Source: Pseudomonadota bacterium (GTDB lineage: Bacteria; Babelota; Babeliae; Babelales; CAIQNR01). Taken from it: DNA of 64,000 nucleotides. Position numbers and translations under genes: made by a program. The stretch covers positions 275,892 through 339,891 of the forward strand of contig JAIYDZ010000006.1 in assembly GCA_027487215.1 (NCBI GenBank), written 5' to 3'. Below, in pieces: positions 1-9,041 of this stretch. The notes beneath the pieces were generated by a model. The model did no database searches, was not told where the DNA came from, and saw only the letters and a list, made by a program, of their open reading frames with translations. How positions within the stretch are numbered: position 1 is the first letter of the stretch; each line of letters opens with the position of its first letter.

Positions 1-510
1 AAAGAATGCAACTAAACTTGCACCCAAACTGAACGTGGTTAAGTATAAAGCGATATCTTTATGACCACCAAATTGGTACATAATACCTGCAACACCAAGT
101 AAACCAAATGTTGCAACAGCAAACCCCATCACTCCTCCGCCAAAAAAAGCCATAAGGAATGCGGCATGTTCACCACGGTTTTTTGCTTCCATAGTAGTAC
201 GTACGTTTGCATGAGTTGCTGCGCACATACCAATGAAACCAGGAACCATTGAAAACATAGAACCCACAACGAAAATAATCGCTGGGGTTGAGCCAAGAAA
301 ATACACAATTGCAGATGCTACGACAGCAACTACAAGTGCAATAACTTTGTACTCTTCCTTGAGGAAGGTCATTGCGCCACGAGAAATTGCCTGAGCAATT
401 TTTGCAGCTTTTGCATCAGTAACAGCAACAGCGGCTATCTTCATAAAAAGAATTGCGACAACTGCCGCGCCAACTGCAACTGCACCAAAAAGAACAGTAT
501 ATAATTGCAT
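1..510 (-). CDS. hppA: H+/Na+-translocating membrane pyrophosphatase, N-terminal ~170 aa (gene runs off the window start)
   Basis: Reverse-strand ATG at 510-508 opens a frame with no stop down to position 1; it is absent from the ORF track because it is truncated. My translation: MQLYTVLFGAVAVGAAVVAILFMKIAAVAVTDAKAAKIAQAISRGAMTFLKEEYKV...GFIGMCAATHANVRTTMEAK...AFFGGGVMGF. The ISxGAMxFLxxEY, ANVRT and GGxVMG blocks are typical of H+-PPase N-termini. Confidence 0.75.
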   Translation of the reverse strand, partial: MQLYTVLFGAVAVGAAVVAILFMKIAAVAVTDAKAAKIAQAISRGAMTFLKEEYKVIALVVAVVASAIVYFLGSTPAIIFVVGSMFSMVPGFIGMCAATHANVRTTMEAKNRGEHAAFLMAFFGGGVMGFAVATFGLLGVAGIMYQFGGHKDIALYLTTFSLGASLVAFF

Positions 511-623
511 ATACACTCCGTTTGTATAGGTACATCTTCCAGAACACTACTGTCAAAGACTACTAGATATGACCGTTTTGTAAAGATTTAAGCCTTATCT
601 AGAGGGTTTTCAGGCTCAACTAT

Positions 624-1973
624 TTAAAGACTTTTCTGTAAAAACGCCCGTTCGCTAAAAGGAATTTTCGTTTCGCCTACAATCTGGTACTCATCAGGAC
701 CCTTACCCAAAAGTAAAATAACCGTCGAAGGGGTTGCCATTGTCCGTGCCTTATAAATAGCCAATTCTCGGTCAGGTTCACATACCACCTTATGGATTAA
801 CTCTTGAGAAATTCCTGCAAGAATATTCTCAACAATTGCCTTTGGCTCTTCTTTGCGGGGGTTGTCGGTTGTCACAATCACGACATCTGCATAGGTTGCT
901 GCCAACTGTCCCATTAAAGGACGCTTGCTATGATCCTTTCCTCCTCCTGCCCCAAAAATAACAATCAAATGATCTGTCCACGGACGCACCGTTTCAAAGA
1001 TTGATTTAAAGGATGCGGGAGTGTGAGCATAGTCAATATAAGCACGCGCACCGTTTGCAAGAACGTATTCTTCCAAGCGACCGGGAACCTGAGGCAATAT
1101 AGGAGTGAGTTTTTTCAAAACAGCTTTACTCAGACCCAATGATTGACACAATTTAACAGCACTTGCCAAATTATAACGATTAAAAAGACCAGGAAATTGT
1201 GGAGCTTGAAATCCTTGCGCATCTAATGCTGTGTAAGAGTGAAACTCCGGATGTTTTTCTAAAATCAATTTCCCATAGACGTCATCAGCATTAACAAAAA
1301 TCGATGCATGGTCTTTTAAATGACCAAAAACCTTATATTTGGTATCAAAATATTCTTCAATAGTCGGATAAAGTTCACCATGCTCACGATCAAGGTTGGT
1401 AAAAATTAATCCATCAAATTCTAATGTCTCAATTCTATTAAATGTTACTGCCTGTGCTGCAACTTCAATGACCACATACTCAATATGCTCTTTAACGCAC
1501 AATGCAAAAAACTGATGTAAATAATCAGGCTGAGGAGTGGTCAGTACAAAAGGAAATGAATGTGCATCAATTTTATTACCCACACTTCCAATCACTGCCA
1601 CTTTATGCCCAGCACCACGCAGCAGGTTATAAATCATGTGAGTCGTGGTTGTTTTGCCTTTTGTTCCAGTTACCCCAATCAATTTAAGTTGATTTGCGGG
1701 ATATCCAGCAGCATGAGCACTGAGAGTTGCAAGTGCACTGCGCGTATTTTGAACACGCTCTAACGACGCACCCGCATTATGAATTTCAGTTTTTAATTGA
1801 TCAGAAATAAGAGCATCGTATTCAACAACAATTTTTGTTGCGCCCAACTTTAGTGCTTGATCAATATAGCCAACACCATCATCATGCTGGCCTTTGATCA
1901 CCACAAAAGTGGTACCTTTGCCTACCTGTTGAGTATGACAGGCGACAGGAAAAACTTGTGGAAGCTTAGCCAT
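624..1973 (-). CDS. murE: UDP-N-acetylmuramoyl-L-alanyl-D-glutamate--2,6-diaminopimelate ligase
   Basis: 449-aa ORF with the Mur-ligase P-loop GVTGTKGKTTTTH. The C-terminal DNPRKEEP contains the DNPR motif typical of meso-DAP-adding MurE. Confidence 0.9.
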   Translation of the reverse strand: MAKLPQVFPVACHTQQVGKGTTFVVIKGQHDDGVGYIDQALKLGATKIVVEYDALISDQLKTEIHNAGASLERVQNTRSALATLSAHAAGYPANQLKLIGVTGTKGKTTTTHMIYNLLRGAGHKVAVIGSVGNKIDAHSFPFVLTTPQPDYLHQFFALCVKEHIEYVVIEVAAQAVTFNRIETLEFDGLIFTNLDREHGELYPTIEEYFDTKYKVFGHLKDHASIFVNADDVYGKLILEKHPEFHSYTALDAQGFQAPQFPGLFNRYNLASAVKLCQSLGLSKAVLKKLTPILPQVPGRLEEYVLANGARAYIDYAHTPASFKSIFETVRPWTDHLIVIFGAGGGKDHSKRPLMGQLAATYADVVIVTTDNPRKEEPKAIVENILAGISQELIHKVVCEPDRELAIYKARTMATPSTVILLLGKGPDEYQIVGETKIPFSERAFLQKSL

Positions 1974-1976
1974 TGT

Positions 1977-3350
1977 TTATCCTTTGCGTTGCGCCACCAA
2001 TACTGCCGCACGAATGCGTGGCAAGTTCCATAAAATTGCAAATAAATTAATTGCAAAACATGCACCAGTCATAATATCTACAAGATCCCAAACAACATCT
2101 AAATTTGAAACTGTTCCCCACAAAGAAACTGCGCAAAAAATAAAGGTAAATACATGTTCAAATTTATCATTGGTTAAAAAGAACCAACACTGACGACAGA
2201 TAAATCCGTACGCAACAAACACACCCATTCCAAAAATCATAGAAAGAAATGCTGTTGCCCATCCGCCAAGTGATCCAAATACTGTCTGAAAAGCTGCTGC
2301 CGTAAGCGCTACGCCTTGTGGCCCTGTGCCAAGCACGCCACTTACCACAATTGAAAGACCAACCATTACGCATACAAGTTGCACACTCACAAATGAACTG
2401 AGCATTGCTGATAAACCATTTGCATAGGTTGAACTACTTCCTGTCGCGCCATAGACAATACTTGCAGTCCCCAGTCCCGATTCACTTGCGTTGATCGCAC
2501 GGTTTAAAGAAAGCGCAATAAGCTGTTGTACAGAATATCCAAACACACCGCCCATGCAAGCTTGCGGGGTCATTGCGCATTTAAATATTAATGCAAAAGC
2601 TGCTGGCAATGCTGACCAGTGGTAAATAAATACCCCAAGAGCCATTACAAAAAAAAGTCCAACTTTTAAAGGAACAATAACGCCATTTACTTTTGCAATA
2701 CGGCGTGCTCCACCAACCAAGGTGAACAGAATAAAACTTGTTAAAGCCAAAGCAATATGCCATGACGTAATTGACTGTAAAAATGAAGATGAAGACTGGC
2801 TGGTCATATTTAAAATAGTAACCCCGATGGAATTACATTGAGAAGCGCACCCACTAGTCAGTCCATATCCAAAACAGACTGCTGCATAAAGTGTTGGTAA
2901 AAAGTAACGACCGGGAACACTCTTTAAATAAACAAATGGTCCACCCAGCGCACGACCAGTTTTTGAAGCGTCACCTGAATACATACTCGTTAAAAATACT
3001 TCCGCAAAACGCAGAACCATTCCTAAAAATCCTAAAACAAAAATCCAAAATACCGCACCTGGTCCACCTTTGCCGACAGCCATTGCAACCCCTGCAAGTG
3101 CCCCGTTACCAAGACCAGTACTTAATACTTTTAAAAATGCCTGAAGTGAATTGATCTCACCTTTTCCATCAGACTTTCCACCAAAAACTTCACGAAACGA
3201 TCTAAAAAATCCAGTAAACTGAACAAAGTTTAACATAACCGTTGCCGCAATGGCCGTGGTTACAACCGCACATAAAAAAGGAAGTCCCCACATTGCGTCT
3301 TTTACCGCAGTAATATAAGTTGGCAATTGTACCATCAGATCATGTACCAT
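1977..3350 (-). CDS. Alanine/glycine:cation symporter (AGCS) family transporter
   Basis: 457-aa polytopic ORF. The block GKGGPGAVFWIFVLGFLGMVLRFAEVFL matches the AGCS signature region. Paralog of 34780..36111. Confidence 0.75.
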   Translation of the reverse strand: MVHDLMVQLPTYITAVKDAMWGLPFLCAVVTTAIAATVMLNFVQFTGFFRSFREVFGGKSDGKGEINSLQAFLKVLSTGLGNGALAGVAMAVGKGGPGAVFWIFVLGFLGMVLRFAEVFLTSMYSGDASKTGRALGGPFVYLKSVPGRYFLPTLYAAVCFGYGLTSGCASQCNSIGVTILNMTSQSSSSFLQSITSWHIALALTSFILFTLVGGARRIAKVNGVIVPLKVGLFFVMALGVFIYHWSALPAAFALIFKCAMTPQACMGGVFGYSVQQLIALSLNRAINASESGLGTASIVYGATGSSSTYANGLSAMLSSFVSVQLVCVMVGLSIVVSGVLGTGPQGVALTAAAFQTVFGSLGGWATAFLSMIFGMGVFVAYGFICRQCWFFLTNDKFEHVFTFIFCAVSLWGTVSNLDVVWDLVDIMTGACFAINLFAILWNLPRIRAAVLVAQRKG

Positions 3351-3423
3351 GTTTTTCCTTTCATGGAATGTTTATTGGTATACTAGACAGCACAGTATAG
3401 CTTTTTTGAAAGAACATGTCTTT

Positions 3424-3855
3424 ATGAAAATATTAGCCTTGGACCTTGGTGATGTATGGACAGGCACAGCGTTATCAGATGGTCTTCAGATTCTTGCGCG
3501 ACCTTATAAAACAGTAAAAACAGAGGTTCTTGAGACGTTTTTAATAGAAACTTTTAAAGAAGAACGAATAAGCACTGTTATTGTTGGACTGCCTCAAACA
3601 CTTCGCGGAACTGAAAGCGATCAAACAAGAAAAACAATTGCTTACAAAGAAAAACTTGAGGCTCAATTTCCAAAATATACATGGATTTTATGGGATGAGC
3701 GTCTTTCAAGCAAACAGGCCCAACAACTTAAAAGTCCCAAAGATGATAAACAAAAAATACACTCACTTGCAGCTGCATTAGTCCTTGAAACATACCTTAT
3801 GAACCTCCAATTTAAAAAAATGCTCCAAGACGACGCTGACGATACTATTGGCTGA
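3424..3855 (+). CDS. ruvX: Holliday-junction resolvase-like / pre-16S rRNA nuclease YqgF
   Basis: MKILALDLGDVWTGTALSD and IVGLPQTLRGTESDQT blocks are typical of YqgF/RuvX. I prefer the ATG at 3424 over the longer track start at 3349. Confidence 0.85.
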   Translation: MKILALDLGDVWTGTALSDGLQILARPYKTVKTEVLETFLIETFKEERISTVIVGLPQTLRGTESDQTRKTIAYKEKLEAQFPKYTWILWDERLSSKQAQQLKSPKDDKQKIHSLAAALVLETYLMNLQFKKMLQDDADDTIG

Positions 3856-3917
3856 CGACCAAATTCTGTGTACACTACTTTTGAAAGCAGGAACAAGTAG
3901 TAAAAAGGAAGCAAAAG

Positions 3918-4097
3918 ATGAAATGTAAAAAGTGCGATGGACTTATGGTCCTTCAGTCGTTTTTTGACCATTTTCTGAATTTTGACGGCTGGCGTTGTTT
4001 AAACTGTGGTAAAGTTATACCTAAAAAGAAGACAAGTCTTGAGTACGATTCTTTTGGTGTGTTTTATCAACAACAAAAATGTAAAAATAAGAAGTAA
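3918..4097 (+). CDS. 59-aa zinc-ribbon-like small protein (below the ORF-track length cut-off)
   Basis: ATG 3918 is preceded by AAAAGGAAGCAAAAG. Translation: MKCKKCDGLMVLQSFFDHFLNFDGWRCLNCGKVIPKKKTSLEYDSFGVFYQQQKCKNKK, with two CxxC pairs 19 residues apart. It fills the gap between ruvX and the next gene exactly; its stop is 3 nt before 4101. Confidence 0.5.
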   Translation: MKCKKCDGLMVLQSFFDHFLNFDGWRCLNCGKVIPKKKTSLEYDSFGVFYQQQKCKNKK

Positions 4098-4100
4098 TGC

Positions 4101-4772
4101 ATGAACTGCCACTACCTTGTTCTTCAAGCAACTTATCATGTAATTGAGTATGCACTGTACTCACCTACGGGACTTGTTGAATACAATACACTTGAAAAAA
4201 CTGAGGTCTGTCGATTCTTGGTAAGTCGTCTTAACTCACTGGTGACAAAAAATGATCTTTCGTGGTCAAAAATTGGATTTATAGGGGTCAGTCAGGGACC
4301 CGCTCCTTTTACCACACTGCGTGGACTTATCACCACAGTAAACGGAATCAGCTTTGCACGACACATACCACTTATTGGTCTTGATGGTCTTAAAAGTTTT
4401 TTAACAGAACTTCCTTCTGACAAAATACGCGTCATTATACAAAATGCATTTGCAAAAGACGTGTACTTTGCAATTCAAGAAGGTGACGATATTGAATGTG
4501 GATGGGATAATGGAACAGCCTTTCTTGCATCTCTTAAAGAACGTTATCCTCAACGTAATCTTTTATTTGCAGGAAACGGTATCCTTTTATTAGCTGACGA
4601 GATTACTTCACTGTTTGGAACTCAAGCAGAATTATTTAGTAACGAACAAGAAATAGTCTCACTTAAAACAGTTGCTCAACTATGCAAAGAAAAATGGGAT
4701 ACCCAAAAAAAGGGAACCCCACATCTTTCACCGCTTTATCTTAAAACACAAGAATATAAAACTTCTTATTAA
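4101..4772 (+). CDS. tsaB: tRNA t6A37 biosynthesis protein TsaB/YeaZ-like (divergent)
   Basis: GVSQGPAPFTTLRGLITTVNGISFARHIPLIGLDGL resembles the GPGSFTGLRIG...PLIGV core of TsaB. Length of 223 aa fits. Confidence 0.5.
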   Translation: MNCHYLVLQATYHVIEYALYSPTGLVEYNTLEKTEVCRFLVSRLNSLVTKNDLSWSKIGFIGVSQGPAPFTTLRGLITTVNGISFARHIPLIGLDGLKSFLTELPSDKIRVIIQNAFAKDVYFAIQEGDDIECGWDNGTAFLASLKERYPQRNLLFAGNGILLLADEITSLFGTQAELFSNEQEIVSLKTVAQLCKEKWDTQKKGTPHLSPLYLKTQEYKTSY

Positions 4773-4773
4773 G

Positions 4774-4959
4774 TTAAGGCTTTTTTGGTGAACGCATAAA
4801 ATCTATAAGTGAACTGTGTGCTTCTGGCATCGGTTTTTTATGACCCGTTTTTTCAGCCAACTTATCTTTTATATGCAAAGCCTTTTGTGGACCTTGATTA
4901 ATTACATCATGTCCACTTTGAGCAACTTTACGACCCGTTCTTCTTCTTTGATTTTTCAT
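4774..4959 (-). CDS. Small basic protein with one PQKAxHIK module
   Basis: 61 aa beginning MKNQRRRTGRKV. A GAGGTT Shine-Dalgarno lies 6 nt upstream of the ATG. Shares the N-terminus and the GPQKALHIKDKLAEKTGHKKP module with 5927..6283. Confidence 0.5.
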   Translation of the reverse strand: MKNQRRRTGRKVAQSGHDVINQGPQKALHIKDKLAEKTGHKKPMPEAHSSLIDFMRSPKKP

Positions 4960-4969
4960 AATTACAACC

Positions 4970-5362
4970 TCATTTTGTTTTTAATTTAGAATTCATTTCT
5001 TTACTGCATCGAAGTGAATTTTTTTTACACGCAGTTTTAATAAGGTTCTGCACATTAAAATCACTATAATCCCAAGCAGTAAGACCAAAAGTATTTTGTT
5101 TAGTCAAATCAATGTGAATTGAAGGACATTCAAGAAGAGTTTTTATAATGACATGATTTTTTGCTTGAGCTGCATATTCTAAAGCAGTCCAAAAATAAAA
5201 ACCGTATGTTTTATTTACATCTATCCGCTTACAAAGAGTTTTTACTACGTTAGCATTACCGTTTCTGACCGCATCAATAAAATTAAACCACTCATCTGTT
5301 TGACTTTGGGCCGAGAATGTACCCACTAAGCCAAATATAAGTATTATTCTTTTGAAATTCAT
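4970..5362 (-). CDS. Secreted ankyrin-repeat protein
   Basis: ATG at 5362 is preceded by GGGAGG. Signal peptide MNFKRIILIFGLVGTFSAQSQ. ANK-like blocks: AVRNGNANVVKTLCKRIDVNK and TALEYAAQAKNHVIIKTLLE. Confidence 0.7.
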   Translation of the reverse strand: MNFKRIILIFGLVGTFSAQSQTDEWFNFIDAVRNGNANVVKTLCKRIDVNKTYGFYFWTALEYAAQAKNHVIIKTLLECPSIHIDLTKQNTFGLTAWDYSDFNVQNLIKTACKKNSLRCSKEMNSKLKTK

Positions 5363-5597
5363 AACCACAACCTCCCTTTGATATAGTTCTACTCTACACC
5401 AAAAGGGATCTCCAGATGAATATTTACAAATAAGAGAGCTTAAAAAATATCCACACAAGCCTATGTTTATTTATGGCCCATGAGCTTACGCTTTACAAAG
5501 CTATAGCAATTACCGGCGCTCTTGCCATTAAATGATGTAAGTGATATTTTTAAACACTGTCTATTTCATTATTTTATCATACAATGAGAAGGTTATT

Positions 5598-5774
5598 ATG
5601 AACCGTAATATATATATTTTCTCTCTTTGCCTCTTAACAAATTATGGGCTACAGGCTACTGAAAAAGCTGCTGATATTCCTGAAAAATCCATTGATATAG
5701 TTTTTATGAAGATTACAAAAAAGAACATAACTAATCAAACCTTGACTGCATTTGGGATTGTTAAAGCGGCATAA
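5598..5774 (+). CDS. Small hypothetical secreted protein
   Basis: ATG 5598 sits in the recurrent context GAGAAGGTTATTATG. MNRNIYIFSLCLLTNYGLQA is a signal-like N-terminus. No recognisable domain. Confidence 0.35.
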   Translation: MNRNIYIFSLCLLTNYGLQATEKAADIPEKSIDIVFMKITKKNITNQTLTAFGIVKAA

Positions 5775-5861
5775 GAAACTAATCCCCAAAAAAAATCTAC
5801 CGAAAAAAAAGACTAAAACAGTAAAAACTGAGACAGTTTATCAAAAAACTCTCAAATATAT

Positions 5862-5906
5862 AGGCAAGCGCGTAAGGTAATTCTTCATATGCTTGCCTTA
5901 TTTTTT
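5862..5906 (+). terminator. Hairpin + T-tract terminator
   Basis: AGGCAAGC (5862-5869) pairs with GCTTGCCT (5891-5898), followed by TATTTTTT. Confidence 0.45.
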
Positions 5907-5926
5907 AAAACCTAACAAACCATTAC

Positions 5927-6283
5927 CTACTTATTACTTGTAAACTTACACTTTACAAAGTTATAGCAGTTAGCAAAAAGTTGGTACCAATGCGGCTTAC
6001 ACTTTTGGCATTTCTCAAAGTTAGCTTCTTTGATATGGCGAAGTTTTTGAGCACAACGGTATTTCTGAGCCCATAAGTATTCAGAATCTTTTTGAGCAAA
6101 CGGTACATTTTTTTCTTTGAGTACTTCGCGATTGAGTAATTGATCAGAAGTGAGTGGTTTACAATGAGCACATTTTTCTGAGTTAACTTCTTTTATATGA
6201 TGAGCTTTTTGAGGACACTGATAGCGATGAGCCCAAGAGCCTTCAATACCCCTTTGTGGCGCAGTTTTTCTTTGATTTTTCAT
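5927..6283 (-). CDS. Small basic Cys/His-rich protein with two PQKAxHIK modules
   Basis: 118 aa beginning MKNQRKTAPQRG, with AAGGAG upstream of the ATG. Two internal copies of W-x-(H/Q)-(R/K)-Y-(Q/R)-C-(P/A)-QK-x2-HIKE-x4-EKC-x2-CKP. Confidence 0.5.
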   Translation of the reverse strand: MKNQRKTAPQRGIEGSWAHRYQCPQKAHHIKEVNSEKCAHCKPLTSDQLLNREVLKEKNVPFAQKDSEYLWAQKYRCAQKLRHIKEANFEKCQKCKPHWYQLFANCYNFVKCKFTSNK

Positions 6284-6376
6284 GAATTCTCCTTCGACTT
6301 ATAACGTATCGAAATAGATCACGGCACTCACTGTACACCCGCTTGTGCTTAAAATCAACTCTTGAATAGAACTACC

Positions 6377-7093
6377 TTAGGCTAACGACTGAAGCATCCC
6401 CACCATCACCACAGCTGCCTGTTGAGCTCGCAAAACTGTTGGAGTTAATCGAATTAATTGAGCACTCTTTTCTTTAATCAGTAGCTGTTCTTTTTCAGAA
6501 AAATCCGCCTCAGGACCTACTAAAACAGCAATCTGAGAAAGTGGTACGTGTTTATAAGGTTGCCCTTCAACATCTGCACTTATCAAAGGTATGGTAAGAG
6601 AAGTAACCGCTTGAAAAAGTCCAATTGGTTCTTTAATGTTTGGAATTTTAAAATGTTTTGATTGTTCTGCAGCGGCAATAATGATTCGTTCAAGACGCTC
6701 TTTTTCACGTGCGCCATTCCATTTGCGCTGCATTTTGTCTGTGAGCACTAACTGAATTTCAGACACTCCACACTCTGTCAAACCATATACCGCTTCTTCT
6801 AATGCTTCCCGTTTTAAAACCGGTAAAAGTACAGTAATGGCAAGCGTATGCTGTGCATGAGATTGCAAAGTTTCAAGCGTGCCTTGCAGCTCCTTCTTAC
6901 TAAACTGCAGACAGACAAAACGGGCCGACTTTTTTTGATCAAATAAAAGAATCGACTGGCCTTTTTCCACACGCAAAACATGTGAAATTCTATGAACTAG
7001 GTCAGGGTCTGTAATTATAAAATTACCAGCGTTGCATCCAGAAAGAGGAAAAAATATCGCAAACTCATGACGATTTCGGCTGTGGATAATCAT
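6377..7093 (-). CDS. rsmE: 16S rRNA (uracil1498-N3)-methyltransferase
   Basis: HRISHVLRVEKGQSILLFD and VGPEADFSEKE (the RsmE IGPEGGFS-like motif). The start is ambiguous between 7093 and 7120. Confidence 0.8.
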   Translation of the reverse strand: MIIHSRNRHEFAIFFPLSGCNAGNFIITDPDLVHRISHVLRVEKGQSILLFDQKKSARFVCLQFSKKELQGTLETLQSHAQHTLAITVLLPVLKREALEEAVYGLTECGVSEIQLVLTDKMQRKWNGAREKERLERIIIAAAEQSKHFKIPNIKEPIGLFQAVTSLTIPLISADVEGQPYKHVPLSQIAVLVGPEADFSEKEQLLIKEKSAQLIRLTPTVLRAQQAAVVMVGMLQSLA

Positions 7094-7469
7094 GCAAATT
7101 CCTTTGTGAATAACCTGCATAAATAAGTGCTACTTTAATATAAAAAACAGTTTTTTCTGGAACTACCTTAAAACAGAAATGCTTTATGAGACGCCCACCA
7201 ATATGCGCAGTTCCAATAACTGATGAAAACCATTCATAAAAAGCTGAATGGTGTGTATGATCCATGTCGCGTTGCTCAGAAGCAACTAAGTCGAGAAATT
7301 GTTCCCCTTCTAAATCATCCCAAGAAAATTCACCTGACTGCTCAGAGCCTGAATTATAGTACTGATCGGCATTAGAACTATTCTGCTGAGTACAGAGCTC
7401 ACTTGGAAAACTAGATACTAATACTATAAGTAAAACTAAAACTGCTTTCTGTACGAACTCTTTTTTCAT
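7065..7469 (-). CDS. Hypothetical secreted protein
   Basis: Signal-like N-terminus MKKEFVQKAVLVLLIVLVSSFPS. No domain recognised. The 3' end overlaps the rsmE start. Confidence 0.4.
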   Translation of the reverse strand: MKKEFVQKAVLVLLIVLVSSFPSELCTQQNSSNADQYYNSGSEQSGEFSWDDLEGEQFLDLVASEQRDMDHTHHSAFYEWFSSVIGTAHIGGRLIKHFCFKVVPEKTVFYIKVALIYAGYSQRNLHDYPQPKSS

Positions 7470-7547
7470 AATGATTCCTTATTCTAGACCCCACCCTAAT
7501 CCCACTAGTAGTATATAGATAAAGAGCCCAATAAAAAAGGTCCCAGT

Positions 7548-9041
7548 ATGAAAAGCGGCGCTCCCACAGCACTTGTTATTCTTGATGGCTTCGGATTCTC
7601 CCCATCAAACGACTATAACGCAATGGCACATGCCCAAACCCCTGTACTTAACAACCTTATGGGTAATTACCCTGTAACCCTCCTTGAAGCATCCGGCTCA
7701 GCCGTCGGCCTGCCTGAAGGATGGATTGGAAATTCTGAAGTAGGGCACCTTACTATTGGATGCGGAGCTGCAATTGCCCAATCACCTACCATTATTTTTA
7801 ATGCACTTGAAAACGAATCATTTTTTACTCTTCCAGCACTTCTTACTTCATTTGAAAAACTTAAAGAACACCAAGGGACGCTTCACCTGATTGGCCTTCT
7901 TTCTGATGCAGGAGTACATGGCCACATTGATCACTTAGTTGCTTTTTTGCATGCTGCACACGAACAAAATATAGCGCGTATAGTTATACATGTTATTACC
8001 GACGGCAGAGACACTGCTCCATGCCAAGCTCAACAGTTTCTTGAATCACTTGAGAAAATACTACAGGACTACCCTGAAGCGGTACTTGGTTCACTCATGG
8101 GCCGATTTTATGGCATGGATAGAAACAGAAACTGGCATTTAACAAACTATGCATACCAATGCCTCACTGAAGCACAACCTCTGCCAACACCCTCATGGCG
8201 CACGTATCTAGAAGAATCCTACAAAAAAGATCTAACTGACGAATTTATCCTTCCAACACAACTTGCTGACAATGTGCACATCAAACCCAATGACGGTATT
8301 ATTTTTTGCAACTATCGTCCTGATAGAGCACGACAGCTTACTGCCTGCTTTACCCACACTCCCTCCCCTCTGGGCAAACCAACTATCCCCCTTTCATTTT
8401 TCATTACACCTGTTTCATATGGTTCTGAATACCACACAACGGTGCTTTTTGAAAAATCACACGTTCCTCAAACACTAACAGCCATACTCAACGAGCATGA
8501 ATATTCAGTCCTGTTTGTTGCTGAAACAGAAAAATATGCGCATGTTACTTATTTTTTTAATGGCGGACGCGAAAATGTCTTTCCTCATGAAAAGCGAGTG
8601 CTTGTGCCATCACTTTCAAGTAAAAACTTTGTAACACACCCAGGCATGTCTGCCGATATTATTACTGAAGTAGTGATAGATTCACTCAAATATCAGACAC
8701 GCGACTTTTATGTCATCAACTATGCAAACGCAGATATGATAGGACATACCGGAAACTTTAATGCAGTGGTTAAAGCGATTGAATGTCTTGATAAACAGAT
8801 AGGCATCTTATATCACGAAATTGTAGAAAAACAAGGCGGCACTCTTTACATCACCTCTGATCATGGCAACGCTGAAGAAATGTTTGATGAACAAACAGGA
8901 CAAGTCAAAACAGCACACACAGCAAACCCTGTACCTTTTATTGCAATCAATAAATCACTTTATCAAAGCGGACAGGAGCTTCCCTTACACGAGCTTGCTG
9001 ACATTGCCCCGTTTATATTACACGGCATGAATTTAGATTAA
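7548..9041 (+). CDS. gpmI: 2,3-bisphosphoglycerate-independent phosphoglycerate mutase
   Basis: 497 aa with ALVILDGFG, NSEVGHLTIG, TDGRD and NADMIGHTG blocks characteristic of iPGM. Confidence 0.92.
   Translation: MKSGAPTALVILDGFGFSPSNDYNAMAHAQTPVLNNLMGNYPVTLLEASGSAVGLPEGWIGNSEVGHLTIGCGAAIAQSPTIIFNALENESFFTLPALLTSFEKLKEHQGTLHLIGLLSDAGVHGHIDHLVAFLHAAHEQNIARIVIHVITDGRDTAPCQAQQFLESLEKILQDYPEAVLGSLMGRFYGMDRNRNWHLTNYAYQCLTEAQPLPTPSWRTYLEESYKKDLTDEFILPTQLADNVHIKPNDGIIFCNYRPDRARQLTACFTHTPSPLGKPTIPLSFFITPVSYGSEYHTTVLFEKSHVPQTLTAILNEHEYSVLFVAETEKYAHVTYFFNGGRENVFPHEKRVLVPSLSSKNFVTHPGMSADIITEVVIDSLKYQTRDFYVINYANADMIGHTGNFNAVVKAIECLDKQIGILYHEIVEKQGGTLYITSDHGNAEEMFDEQTGQVKTAHTANPVPFIAINKSLYQSGQELPLHELADIAPFILHGMNLD

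Noticed and set aside
1502-3154. Short ORFs inside murE and the AGCS transporter (1502..1687, 1560..1763, 1984..2193, 2167..2373, 2581..2763, 2891..3154)
   Set aside because: All overlap well-supported longer genes and show no independent signals.
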